From NCBI RefSeq assembly GCF_006345805.1, contig NC_043009.1:20770001-20834000 (forward strand): DNA of 64,000 nt, in the 5' to 3' direction. Position 1 is the first letter of the stretch, and every line of letters begins with the position of its first letter. The notes beneath the pieces are model-generated. The model saw only the letters and a program-made list of their open reading frames with translations. It searched no databases and was not told the origin of the DNA. Shown here in pieces: positions 23,976-37,544 of the stretch. This DNA comes from Octopus sinensis (Eukaryota). The translations under genes and the position numbers were made by a program.

Positions 23976-24206
23976 GGCGGCGAGCTGGCAGAAACGTGAG
24001 CACGCCGGGCGAAATGCTTAGCGGTATTTCGTCTGCCGCTACGTTCTGAGTTCAAATTCCGCCGAGGTCGACTTTGCCTTTCATCCTCTCGGGGTCGATT
24101 AAAGAAGTACCAGTTACGCACTGGGGTCGATATAATCGACTTAATCCGTTTGTCTGTCCTTGTTTGTCCTCTCTGTGTGTAGCCCCTTGTGGGCAGTAAA
24201 GAAATA
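23976..24206 (+). mobile_element. Full-length tRNA-derived SINE (family B)
   Basis: Head ggcggcgagctggcagaa, B-box-like gagttcaaattcc (24048-24060), A-rich end, 16-bp TSD attatttagtt(a/g)cgac (23958-23973 / 24207-24222). Confidence 0.9.
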
Positions 24207-25509
24207 ATTATTTAGTTGCGACTTTTTAAGTGCTGAGTTCGACTACTTTGGATGCTAACCTTACCATTCATCCCGCCGGATGCAATAAAATAATGTATGG
24301 GTCAATTTATTCTCCTAAATTTGATCCCTGGTGTGAATAGAATTTTAATAGAACACTCCGAGCTAGTTCTGAGGTATGCAAAATAATAGAAGTAACGTAG
24401 TATTTCTGGTTATTCAGAAATAACTCCTATGTGTAAAGTGGCTAATGAGTAATTCATACCTTGTCCAATTTCTTATACCCTTCTTCTTCTTCTTCTTGTT
24501 ACATCTAACTGTCCTTGCACCTGTTTAAACACAGCAAAGTAGTTTTTCCGGTTCTTTCTTTACTCTCACGATACTCTTTCTAGAGACACAATCAACAATT
24601 TATTTTTAATTTAAAAGAAGTAGTCGTTATGTCTTCTTGCATATAAAGACATTCCTTGTATGAAAATAAATGATGATTTCCAAACATTCAGTTTGTGAAT
24701 AAATACGTAAACAAAAACAATTTATAGTGGTTTAGTGGGAGGAGGAGGACGAGGCGGTTGAGTTATGTTGGTGACCTTTACATCGCTCGCCAGACGGGCG
24801 AGGTTGAAGTTGTTGCAGTTCAACTTAAAAGTTCTATCGGCTGATTCTTGTGGGAAAATTATGTTCAAGGAGTGGGAGAAAGAATTGGAAGTAATGTGTT
24901 TACTGTTGAGATACAATAGGGATAAGAAGTTGAGTAGAGGCAGTTACACTCTGGAATTAGGTGGAGGTTACTTGCAGCTAAGTTCAGGAGAGCCAAATGT
25001 GACAATATTCAGTTTCGGAGGTAGTGTGTCTGGTGTAACGTCTTAGTGGCGGGAGGGGGGGGGGGGGACATCTTAGTCAATCAGTCGGACGATCTTTTTT
25101 ATGTTAATCTAAAATGTGTGAGGCAACAGCGCCGGGCTTGATGTATGAACTGTAGTCTAATGGGGCGGGTAATTAATCAGAATTATAGTATTTCTTGTCT
25201 GGCACTTTTGGCAATCATACAGCCGCGTGGTCACCACAGATTGTGAACCAAACATTTGCAACGAGTTGAGTAAGTTTGGTAATGTGTGCTTCATGTAAAA
25301 TTGTTTCTATGTGTAGTGGTTGAGTCTCGGTGTTGCTGGAAGAGACTGTGTTGCAATTATTTCATTGAGGGATAGTTTCGAGGTTTTTGTTTATAGAATT
25401 GCAGCATTCCTAACATAATGCTTGAAGGATCGTATTATGTAGAGAGGAATGTGTGTTGTTAGATGTAGCTGCAAGGTCAGCAATATGAATGTATCGACCC
25501 TTAAGATAC

Positions 25510-27350
25510 ATTAGAATTGATATAAGATATAAAAAGTCAACCACTCATAGTAATCATACAAGAAACTTCTAATTTCAAAGATGAGACGAGCGAGTTAGGA
25601 AATCTACTCAGAGATTTCCGTACCAGACACGATTTCTACTTGCGTGCTTGACCTGCAAGACATAGCAACTAAACCTTCCTCAAATTACACCTTACTATCT
25701 TTAAAAGAGAATGACACATTATACAATCTAGTCCTATATACACATATGCTAAGTTTGAACATAGTATATGAACATTGTCAAGTAAAGAAAAACGAGCATT
25801 TTCGACACCTTCTTTTTGCTTTTAATCAAGGTTCTAAGGCCGCAAAAGCTGCTCGCGACATTTGTGCTGTGTATGGAGAGGGTGCCAAAGCTAAAAGAGC
25901 CGCTCGTGATTGGTATGCCAAGTTCAAGAATGGAAATTTTTTACCTCAAAGACGTACCTCGTTCTAGCCGTCCAGTTGAGTTCGATGAAATGCAATTAAA
26001 CCAACTTTTGCACGAAAATTCTCGTCAAACGGCAAGGGAACTGGCAGAGAAAATGGAATGCACCCACACTGCTATAGAGAAGCATCTTCACTCGATGGGA
26101 AAGGTTCAGAAGTATGAAGCATGGGTTCCGCATGCTTTAAGTGACAACAACAAAAATCAACGAGCCACAATCTCTGCTGGTTTGCTTGCTCGTCACCGCT
26201 CAACTCATGGACACAAGCAACGATTTCTTTACCAAATTGTTACTGGCGATGAAAAATGGTGCCTGTACATCAATATGAAGCAGCGTAAGGAATGGCTTAG
26301 CCCCGGTAAACAAGCGACACCGCGCGTGAAACAAGAGCTTCATCCACGTAAAACGATGTTGTGCGTATGGTAGGACTGGGAAGGGATTATCCATTATGAA
26401 TTGCTTGAACAGAATCAAGCGGTCAACGCGGAACCCTATTGTAACGGAAAAGGTTGCTTCTTGCACTTTTAGGGTGAAAATGGTGTATTCAATTTCCGTT
26501 GCTTAAATTTCCAGATTCTACCAGTCAAAAAACACAAGACGCAAACGTAAAAATATATATACTCTTTATTGTCTTATCCACAGAACGAAATAAGTGGTGT
26601 ATCTGGTATCCCTTGGTTCTGGATGTGCAAGGCTGAACTTTAACGCTGTAAGATTTCACAAGTTCAACTGCAAACAGAACTGGTCATAATGGCGTCCTAG
26701 GGAGCGAAGAGAAATACGGTCTGCAACCTTCGATCGCTGTGCCTCAAGTCCCTGCTTACTGCTGACTGCTGCTATATCTCTCTCTGTCTTTTTAAGGTTC
26801 ACGCTCCCTTCGCCTAATCAGCTAACGCCACATCAGCAAATTCCCTCTTCCGGTCTTCGCGTATGCGCGAGAGGGCGTTGCGCGCGAGAGGGCGTTGCGC
26901 GCGAGAGGGCGTTGCGCGCGCGCGCGCTGTTGGATAGCGTCACTACACTATGTTCAACAGATGGAACGACTCAACACGGCTATTCAAGAGAAAAGACCTA
27001 ATCGGCAGCATGGAGTTCTTCTGCTACACGACAACGCCCACCCTCATATCGCCAATATGACCAAGGAAGCCATTCAAACGCATGGCTGGGAAGTGCTGCC
27101 ACACCCGCCATACTCTCCTGATTTGGCACCAACGGATTTCCACCTCTTTCAAATGCTTATGCGCGTAGTTTCGTTCAATACTAATGCAGAATTGAGAGCT
27201 TGGTTGCTTCAATTTTTCGAGTTGAAATCGGGTGATTTCTACCAACGACGTATTGAAAATTTTGTTGAACGTTGAGAAGTTATAAACAACAAGGGTGAAT
27301 ACATTATTGATTAATTAGTTGTTTTTTTTATTAAACCTTTTAATAAAAAT
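25510..27350 (+). mobile_element. Mariner (D,D34D) transposon, decayed, interrupted by a solo LTR
   Basis: WVPHAL, TGDEKW, LHDNA (D at 27030), HPPYSPDLAPTD (D at 27135; 34 residues between). Frameshift at about 25940 and a stop at 26371-26373. TIRs not found; bounds approximate. Confidence 0.92.
26440..26947 (-). mobile_element. Solo LTR (508 bp) with 4-bp TSD
   Basis: TGTA...TACA termini; CTAT duplicated (26436-26439, 26948-26951); removal restores mariner EPYVQQMERL. AATAAA on the minus strand near 26570 suggests minus orientation. Confidence 0.85.
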
Positions 27351-28510
27351 AAGGTTTTGCGCTGTTTAAAGTGGGAGTTGGAAACAAAACGGGAGGCAAA
27401 ATATAATGGTTTTAACTGTTACTCGCAGAACAACGTTGGACAAGGAATGGCAGATAAAAGAAAGGATTCTGTAAGATTAATAGAGGCACTTGCTACAGCA
27501 TTTTACCTGGTTGATGGCTGAAATGTTATTTTTTGATGTTAAACCATAAGAAACACGAGCACTTGGGGTTTTGGAGTTTTCATCAAAACATTTTATTTCA
27601 CTCTTCAAGCAAAGAGAAACACGATCGAGTCGCAGTCAAATGACATGCAATGACCTGCTTTTGACAAGAAACCAAATGTTTCGGTTGTAATTTAGAAAGT
27701 AGAACTTTCAGAATATTCGAGCACATTTCTTAACGTTCCTTTTGGTATAAATGTTGCAATGATGAGCAAAGAACAATTTTGAGTTGATGATGTTTGGCGA
27801 CTTCTTACATATTGTTTGGCGACTTCTTACATATTTTAACTCCTAGTTACCTCTGATATCGCAACGTCTCATAATCGAAGGCATTCCAGCCGTGACCAAC
27901 CCGCCTTTTTCTTATGTGCATAGTACCCAGGGCTCCATTTATGTCGTCTTCTAAGACTGTGAAATGTGATTTGAGAGAGATTTCGTTGCTAATTCTAGCA
28001 GGTCGAACGACCAAGTAGACTCAATTTCCTCCATAAGTTGTAAACCGGTGTACTTCACATGTACATCCGTATGTGAACCAATTGCTAAGGCTTTGGTCAT
28101 GAGAGGGATGTAGAGAGAAAGACATACCTAAAAGTCTAGAACCGGTCATTTGTTCAACTTCCTCAGACATGTCAGCAGTAAAACACATTTTCAATGAGCT
28201 GAGCTGAAGTAACAGTGAGTTTGAGGGAGGGGAAGTAGAAAGATTGAGGGGAATTACTAATCAGATGGTTCAATGGAGGAGGAGGAAATGTAATGACAGT
28301 TAACTTTAGAAAGGAGAGTGGTCAAGAAAGTTTGGGGAGTTGCTGGTGTAAGAGTAGAGTAGTGGGAATGGTTATTTGAAAGAAAAAGCATACTGAAAAG
28401 TGTATAAGACGAGAGATTATCACAAATATTGTTTTGGAGGACTTTCATTGTGAATTAGTAAATATTTGCAAGTTTAAACGAAGTTTGAATATGATATAAC
28501 TGCTTTTTAA

Positions 28511-28714
28511 TTTGGGCACAAGGCCAGCAATCTGGGGGGATGTGGTAAGTTAATTACATCGATCCCAGAAATCAACTGGTACTTATTTTATTGACCCCGA
28601 AAAGATAAAAGGTAAAATCGACTTCGGCGGAAATTGAGCTCAGAACGTAACGACAGATTAAATGCCGTTGAGCATTCGGCCCAGCGTGCTAATGGTTCTG
28701 TCTACTCGCTGCCT
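28511..28714 (-). mobile_element. tRNA-derived SINE (family B), degraded
   Basis: Reverse complement matches the head and body of 23976-24150; the tail differs (ggccttgtgccc). Confidence 0.75.
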
Positions 28715-30789
28715 TAGAGCATGTTATAATTAAAACTGCGTTGGTATCTCCGAACAGTTTTTCAAACCATTACTCGATTGCGCTATCTGACCAATATGAA
28801 AACTCTACGTCAATACCTTTCAAGTTTGCTATTCTGCATTGCCTCCAATTCACATCTGTTGTCAAGTTCAGAAGAGTCAAATGAAGTCAGAATCATTTTT
28901 AGAATTTAATAAAATTAATGAAGGAACTATTAGACGAGTCATCGAAAACTTCGAAAATACCTGCAGAAAATTAGTGCCTCGAAAGGATGCATTGGCTGTC
29001 AACAAATAGGTGTTTATATGGAAACAAGACAACCACTTGAAGCAAAAGTAAAAAAAAAAAAGAAGAAAAAAAAGTAAAGCGAAACAAGTTTTTGATTCAC
29101 TGCACAAAAGCTCTGAAAGTTGGCCGCTGCAGTCGTGTATTCTGGACCTTTGCCAGCATCGAATCATCTGACTCACTATTCTTCAATTGAAACTGAACTG
29201 TAAGCAGCTGTATTGCGCACAGTCATGCCATTTGTTCGCCACATAAATCATTCGGTGGCGCAAGTTTGACATTTAGTAAAGGAGAAAATTTACGTTAACA
29301 CACCATAGAGCATCAAATTTTAAAATACACACATACATGGATACTACATACATACATGCACGCATACATACATACAGCTTCAGTCAACTTTACTTGTTAA
29401 AGCTCCATGTTCTCTTTAAAGGGTTATTCCAACAAAATATCATTAGAGTAAAACAAAAACAAAAAAATATACATAAAAGAACAGCTTCTTAATTTGTTAA
29501 ATTTCACGAAGTAGTAACGGCTGACAATCTTCCAACAAACTTCAGCAATAATAAGATTCCGGTTTGATTTTAAATTTTCAGCATTTCTATCCTTCTTTTA
29601 CCTTTTCTAAGTTCTTTTTCTTGTTCTTTCCATGGAAAAACTGTCTTGAACTATTAAAACATCAACTATGTGTCTTATCCTGAAGAACTGCAATTTCTTT
29701 GACTCCTACCAGCCTTCATCACCCACGAATCCAACACGTCATAAGAAGGAACTGTAGCCTCCTCCACCGAACGATCTTATTCAAGTATGTTGCAGCCAAT
29801 CCGAGGAATTACTTTTCTGGAGGTAGAATTAAAACAGATTAGCAAGTAACACGATACAATGTCAATTCCAGGGTAATTAACATAGTCAATTGCTAAGAAA
29901 CCAGAAAATATTAGCTTTAATCAATACAAACGGATGATTTCTAACCGATCAAGTGTTCGGTCATATCGACCTGAAGTCAAAAGACCAGACGATAACACGA
30001 GAGGATGACTACTTTGTTGATGGCAATTATAAAGGGAAAGCAGAATTTAGACATCGTAAGATATATTTGAAATATGGCATGATTTCAGGTTCAACATTTC
30101 CGCCTTCATGTCCTGTTCCAATTGCTTTAGCTTCTCCTACTTAAGAAACACACAATTATAAAATAAATACATGTGGAAATGAAACTGAGTTCGTGAATGG
30201 CACACGACATTTGCAGCTTGTGTAAACTACGCATTACTTAACTCGTACAACGAAGTCGAGTGAATAAGAAAATGTAAAATGGTATATATAACTTGAGATG
30301 AAATGAACTGGTAAGCGACAATTTATTCTCCGTTATAAAATACAATGATTGCCATAGATGAAATAAAATAACATAACAGATTCCAACAAAGATGTGCGAG
30401 AGACTTCGTGGTTAGGCTGGACATAGTTGATGTACTGTTTGGTGGTGTGTAGCGGCTGCCGTTGGTTTGTTGGTGGTCTTCATACAGCAATGATGTAGAC
30501 AGGCGTCTGGTGGAGATGAAAGCAGAGACTAGCGGCTGTCAGAGCATCGTTGTCGGAGACGAACTGCGTGTAGTCAGTGACGCGTGCCAGAGGCCTAGAA
30601 CAGTCGAGAATTGCCGTTCTTATAGGGAAAGCTGGTGAAAAATTCGTATTGGAACTAAGTAGTTCGAGCCCACTGTGTGGTACCTTGGAGAAGAATCTAA
30701 TACAACTTTGGGTTGACGCGTATATTGTAAGTGGACTTTAGCCGATGGAAAGTGTGTTTATGTATGTATGAATGTATGTATGTATCTAT

Positions 30790-31560
30790 CTAGCTAGCTA
30801 TTTATCTATCTATCTAATTTTTTTATGCGTTTCAACCCAAAAGCAATGGCAAAGCTGGGGCACCGCCAGTTTCATCAGCTTTCCAGTGGCCATTTCTATG
30901 CGATTGGCTTTTGGTGAAGGAAGAAGTTTGGTATTGCTATCCAAAGTTTCTTGTGGTGTAGGTTCAATTGAGATCTTGGACAGTAGAAGATCAAGGTGGG
31001 TCCTTGACTGTAGAAGATGAAGGTGCTTCTTGAAAATATTTACTCCCACTTCTTGTAGATCTCTCATGGTTTGGGGCAAAATATTAAATAGCTGTGAGCT
31101 TTTGAGTTCCTAGCTATGGCAGTTCCTGATCCTCATTCTAGACGGGATGGATTGTGGAACAGGACAGTGGCGTCCTGTTTAGGATCTCGTACAACTCTCA
31201 ATGCCAAAGTTTGGTGCCAAACTCTGGGATTTTTCATATGTATATTGCCGCATATGCTTCCCGTCTTCGCTCCAGAAAGTAGAACCGTAATTCTTTCAGT
31301 CTCCTCCAGTAGCTCAACTGTTTCATCAATGCAATATTCCTGGCGTAGCACCGCTGAACTGCCTCCAGTTCCGTTATTAAGTTGGCTCTGTGGGAGAACG
31401 TTAGTTGAGAGTAGTAGTCCAGACGGTTGAGGATAATTATCTTCATAGGACCTGCAATGATTTCTGGACCCTTGTTCTGAAAGTTCTCAGAATCCATCTG
31501 TACATTCACCAGCACCTTCTTGGTTATTTAAACATGGAACGAAGCAATGTTGCTTATATT
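30790..31560 (-). mobile_element. CR1/L2-group LINE 3' portion, decayed
   Basis: NRLDYYSQL...ELEAVQR...LSYWRRLKELRFYFLERRRE and ISIEPTPQE...NRIE, typical post-RT CR1-group motifs; may extend to about 32000. Confidence 0.75.
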
Positions 31561-32532
31561 CGCTGTTAATGTCTACACGGAGAAGGCTCAACTGGCTTTT
31601 GTCATTTAAGAAATCATGTAATTGACTGCAGTTTTCCTTGGGCCATTCATTGTTAGTTCCATTAAATTATAGTCTTAGAAAATCGTTGGTGTCACTTTAA
31701 CATTATAGATGAGCGACACATTATTTTTGAAGCAAAACATTTAAACCCCTTCTTGGATGAAACACTATTTGCTCTATGAATAGCATGTTTGTAAGGTCAA
31801 GAAACCCTGCTTGCCTCTGCTCATGCAATGATGTATCTGAGAGATGGTGGCCCTCAGACCCTCGACATTAGGGATGTTGAAGTCTCTTAGAAGTGGTGGG
31901 GAAGGCTGTCATCTAGGTTGATGTTAATATCTCTTCCATCTATTAGGCTCTGTTCGAATGAGTCACCATAAGTCGAGACATCTAGTGGGAGACAGGGAGT
32001 ATATATTACTATTCTCATTTGTTTACTATGAACTAACAGTAGGTGAGAGACTAAGTTTGAGTAAAACAAGAAAACCGGCGTCACATCTTCCCGGAAGTAC
32101 ATCGCAATTCTGCTTGGAGTTCTTTCTGTTCTCAGTTCGAAATACAACATATTTTGTTATGTGTATCTCAGTATCTGGTATGTCAGCAGTCAAACGCATT
32201 TCTTTTAGTCCCACACACACACTTATTTTTGTTTGTAAACCACAGATCATCAGTTAGGAAAATAATGTCCTACCTGCGTATATATACTTACAGACTTACA
32301 TACAAACATACGTACATACATGTGTGTGTACACACACACACACACATTATAGAAATACACATACACACATTCACCCATCAATATCTTGTATGCGAAAGTT
32401 GAACCCACAAATTGCAGGCTTGTTGTCCCGATGATTTAATTGTCGATCATCAACAGACGTTGATATTAATAACTGCTCCCTGGTCACTAAAATAGGGACT
32501 AAAAACATCACTGCTTAAAACATGGGCCAAAG

Positions 32533-33925
32533 TTATAAATGAAAGCCTCGGTGTATTTTACATGTATATCCTTACATATGAATTAGATTTATTATTGTAG
32601 CTCTACATTAGAGTTTTGGACACTCTGTAATGATTGCATAAAGATATAGCAAGATATGTGTGGGTGTGCGTGCGTGTGTGTGTATGTGTGTGCAACATCT
32701 GCAGTAGGCTCTGTTTTGTCCAAAGCTGGTGTAGGAATACGACCGAATGTGAAGAGGTTGGTGACATAGGTAAGTCACACGGTCGCATCCCTAACGAAAT
32801 ATAAGATAAGCCATAAATACAATACAGTGCCAACAGAATATAAATGAATGATGGTGATTTGGATTACAGTTCATAAGGTACACGATATGCAAGAGTTCTA
32901 TATCAAGATGTTGTGTCTCGGGCGGAGACCGGTTGGGCGAATATTGTCGAGCCGCGGTTGTGGTTTCAATCGCCGAGCTGGTTCTCTTAATATAGAATTC
33001 TTCAGATGGACTGTTTTACTTGGTGAAGGGATCTGTGAAGTTGGTGTGTACATATCTGAAGTGGACGATGGTAGAGACGACTTGAAGTTGGTACAATGAT
33101 GGTGACGACGGCGGCGGAGATAGAAGACGTTCTGCGTTGCTGGTGTATGTTGGCGTCGTCGCTGGCTGGTCGTCTGTCACTGGAACTGGAACATGTTGAG
33201 AAGCTCTGTGGTCAGTGACTAGACCTAAGAAGGTCTGGAGTCGAAAGACGAAGAATAGTAAAATGCAAGCCTATTTTTACAAGAAAGATAGCGCAACAGC
33301 GCCTAGGAAAAAGGGTGTCACGAGACCTTAACCAAAGGCCGTGATTGGTTGGCTTTGGACAGTGGCACGAAATAAGTAGAGACAAATCGCGCCACATGTC
33401 AACTAATCAGATCAGTGGACACAACAGGAACGACCCAGCCGAAGATGGCTGTAATCTCAAACGAGATCATTCCTTGGTTTTGCTAGCCATGAGACCTCAT
33501 GACGACATTTACTATTTATTCGCCCAACCGGTCTCCGCCCGAGACACAACATCTTGATATAGAACTCTTGCATATCGTGTACCTTATGAACTGTAATCCA
33601 AATCACCATCATTCGTTTATATTCTGTTGGCACTGTATTGTATTTATGGCTTATCTTACATTTCGTTAGGGATACGACCGTGTGACTTACCTATGTCACC
33701 AACTTCTTCACATTCGGTCGTATTCCTACACCAGCTTTGGACAAAACAGACCCTACTGCAGATGTTGCACACACATACACACACACGCACGCACACCCAC
33801 ACATATCTTGCTATATCTTTATGCAATCATTACAGTGTCCAAAACTCTAATGTAGAGCTACAATAATAAATCTAATTCATATGTAAGGGTATACATGTAA
33901 AATACACCGAGGCTTTCACTTATAA
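32533..33925. mobile_element. Fold-back structure with about 410-bp inverted arms (32533-32943 / 33517-33925); possibly a solo LTR plus an inverted copy of one half
   Basis: ORFs 32603-32833(-) and 33627-33866(+) are near-identical mirror translations; TG/CA ends at 32540 and 33918; AATAAA in the arms. Confidence 0.75.
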
Positions 33926-34182
33926 TATTTAATAAAGTGGCCATCACTAGGCGCAGTCCCAAGAATTTTTCGAAAGGAGGGCACAAGGTCAGAAGAGAAT
34001 ACAATTCCAGGAGAAAAGGGTGTAATAACATTATTCAGAAGGGCGCACTTCTTTTCTTGAGGCGGGTACGTGCCCCTCAGGTTCCCCACACACGAGTCCG
34101 TCCCTGACCACGATGTATGTATGTATGTATGTATGTATGTATGCATTTGCAATAAATAATTACACAATCCTACAGGATTCAG

Positions 34183-34601
34183 GGATCTTTTCGATTTGAA
34201 CGGCAGTTTTTAACATAATTTCTAGGTAACTAAAAAATGTTAAACTTCGTATACTGGTAGATTGTGTTAATAAAACATCTTTTTCTCTTGGCTTTATTGT
34301 GAAAATTCTATAGTTTGTAAGATATTTGTTGGGTTTTTTTTTCTTCAATTTCTGCAATTTCAACCAATGGATGACGTCCATTGAGTTAAAAAGCATTCTG
34401 TGCCGTATGAATATGTCCCTCGTTTAAGAAACAGATTGGGTTTATTTAGATTTGTGAAGAAAAAAAGATACCCTTCCCCCACCCCTAACCCTAACCCTAA
34501 AAGAAATTGAAATGCAATAGATCGATTCTAGGGTCATAATTATGGATGACAATTTCATATGACACCGTCAGAAAAAACTGCCGTTCAAACCGAAAAGATC
34601 C
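34183..34601. mobile_element. Non-autonomous DNA element with 29-bp inverted repeats (Helentron/MITE-like)
   Basis: ggatcttttcgatttgaacggcagttttt (34183-34211) vs aaaaactgccgttcaaaccgaaaagatcc (34573-34601), 28/29; internal cctaaccctaaccctaa. Superfamily is inference. Confidence 0.65.
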
Positions 34602-34667
34602 GGATTCAGCACTTTTTCTCTGGTTTCTACGTCCAAAAGTGTGTGCATACATATAAAAGTATATACG

Positions 34668-34910
34668 CAATCGTGGCTGTGTTCCCAACCACATGGTTCC
34701 GGGTTCAATCCCACTACGTGACATCTTGGGCGAGTGTCTTCTATTATAGCCTCGGGCCGATTAAAACCTTGAATGGATTTCGTTGATGGAAATTGAAAGA
34801 AGCCCGTCGTATATCTGTATGTGTGTGTGTGTGTGTGTGTGTACGTGAGTGTGTTTGTCTTTTTGTCTGTGTTCCGCATTACTGTTGGTGTGTTTATGTC
34901 CCCGTCACCA
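34668..34910 (+). mobile_element. tRNA-derived SINE (family A), partial
   Basis: tggctgtg...ccacatggttccgggttcaatcccac head; matches the other family A copies. Confidence 0.8.
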
Positions 34911-34912
34911 TA

Positions 34913-34913
34913 T

Positions 34914-34985
<72 letters not shown>

Positions 34986-35247
34986 CATGCATATATATAT
35001 ACATGCATATATATATATATATATATAATATATATATATATACGCATATATATATATATATGTATGTATGCATGTATGTATACACACATACATATATATA
35101 TACACACATACAATCACACACACATATAAATCTACTATACACACACACCCACATGCACAGACACGCGCACACACACACCCATACACCCACACGCACAGAC
35201 ACACGCACACGCGCACACACACACACACACCACACACACACACACAC
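34913..35247. repeat. Compound (TA)n/(CA)n microsatellite
   Basis: Directly visible; source of several low-complexity ORFs. Confidence 0.95.
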
Positions 35248-36020
35248 GAGATGGCCTCGCCAGAAAATAGCTGGTATCTAAAAAACAAAAACAACAGTGA
35301 GTTGACATTAAACAACGCAGTTTAAGAAAAGACAAGAAGGATCGTCAAGAATGGAATGTATCTGATCAAATGTCTGCTTGACCTAGGGTTGAACACCACC
35401 AACAGCTTCAGTGGGAACGATTAGTCAATAGCAACTGAAGCCTAGAGCTATAAATATTGCTGTGTGTTGTGCGCAAGGCCATGAGGGAGGTTCCTGTCAT
35501 CACATCACCTGATTCAAGGTGGTCTGATGTGATTTCACGTCAGCAACATCTGCTATGACGTCATAACAACTTCCCCCCTCCTATCTCTGTTTTTATCTGT
35601 CTTCCTACCCCTCACTCACGCTTTCTCTCTCTTTCTTCGTTCGCTTTCTGCTTGCATGTTTCTCTCTCTCTCTCCCTCTCTCTCTTCCTCCCTATATCTT
35701 TCTGTCTTTCACTACTCTCATTCTTTCTCTTCCTATACGCTTCTTATTCAGTTTTTCTGTTTTTTAATTTTTTGTGTGCTATTCTCCCTGTCACACATTA
35801 ATACATACACACATATATATAATATGCATACATATACATGCATATATATGTGTGTGTGTGTGGAAATATATATATATATATATATAAATATATACAAAAT
35901 AAGAAAATGGAGGAATAGATTTAGCATTTATATTAGCCTTCTGGGTACTTTACTGGCAGTATATTAGATAAATGATATCCCATAGTGGGTTACACTCATA
36001 ACCCCTATCTCACTTTGTAT

Positions 36021-36437
36021 ACTCTTTTACTCTTTACTCTTTTACTTGTTTCAGTCATTTGACTGCGGCCTTGCTGGAGCACCGCCTTTAGTCGAGCAAA
36101 TCGACCCCGGGACTTATTCTTTGTAAGCCCAGTACTTATTCTATCGGTCTCTTTTTGCCGAACCGCTAATTGACGGGGACGTAAGCACACCAGCATCGGT
36201 CGTCAAGCAATGCTAGGGGTACAAACACAGACACACAAACACACATACATATATATATATATATACACATATATACGACAGGCTTCTTTCAGTTTCCGTC
36301 TACCAAATCCACTCACAAGGCATTGGTCGGCCCGGGGCTATAGCAAAAGACACTTGCCCAAGATGCCACGCAGTGGGACTGAACCCGGAACCACGTGGTT
36401 GGTTAGCAAGCTACTTACCACACAGCCACTTCTGTGC

Positions 36438-36439
<2 letters not shown>
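36021..36439 (-). mobile_element. Full-length tRNA-derived SINE (family A)
   Basis: Minus strand: A-box-like TGGCTGTGTGG, B-box-like GGTTCAGTCCC, a TTGGGCAAGT segment resembling the CORE-domain start, internal microsatellite and (aaaagagt)n tail. Confidence 0.9.
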
Positions 36440-36523
<84 letters not shown>

Positions 36524-36544
36524 ATATAAATATATATATATATA

Positions 36545-37467
<923 letters not shown>

Positions 37468-37544
37468 ATATATATATATATATATAATATATAATATATA
37501 TATAATATATATTATATATAATATATATATATATAATATATATA

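Noticed and set aside
23976-24065. tRNA-like heads here and in other SINE copies
   Set aside because: No complete cloverleaf; each continues into a SINE body, so not called as tRNA genes.
24720-25500. Possible retroelement protein remnant on the minus strand
   Set aside because: No diagnostic motif could be confirmed.
29953-30144. 63-aa ORF with a GTAAGA donor-like site
   Set aside because: Weak acceptor, no recognisable homology.
34484-34500. Telomere-like CCCTAA repeats
   Set aside because: Only about three units, internal to a repeat element; not a telomere.
34568-35335. Long ORFs (up to 181 aa) rich in YI/HT/CV
   Set aside because: Translations of dinucleotide microsatellites.
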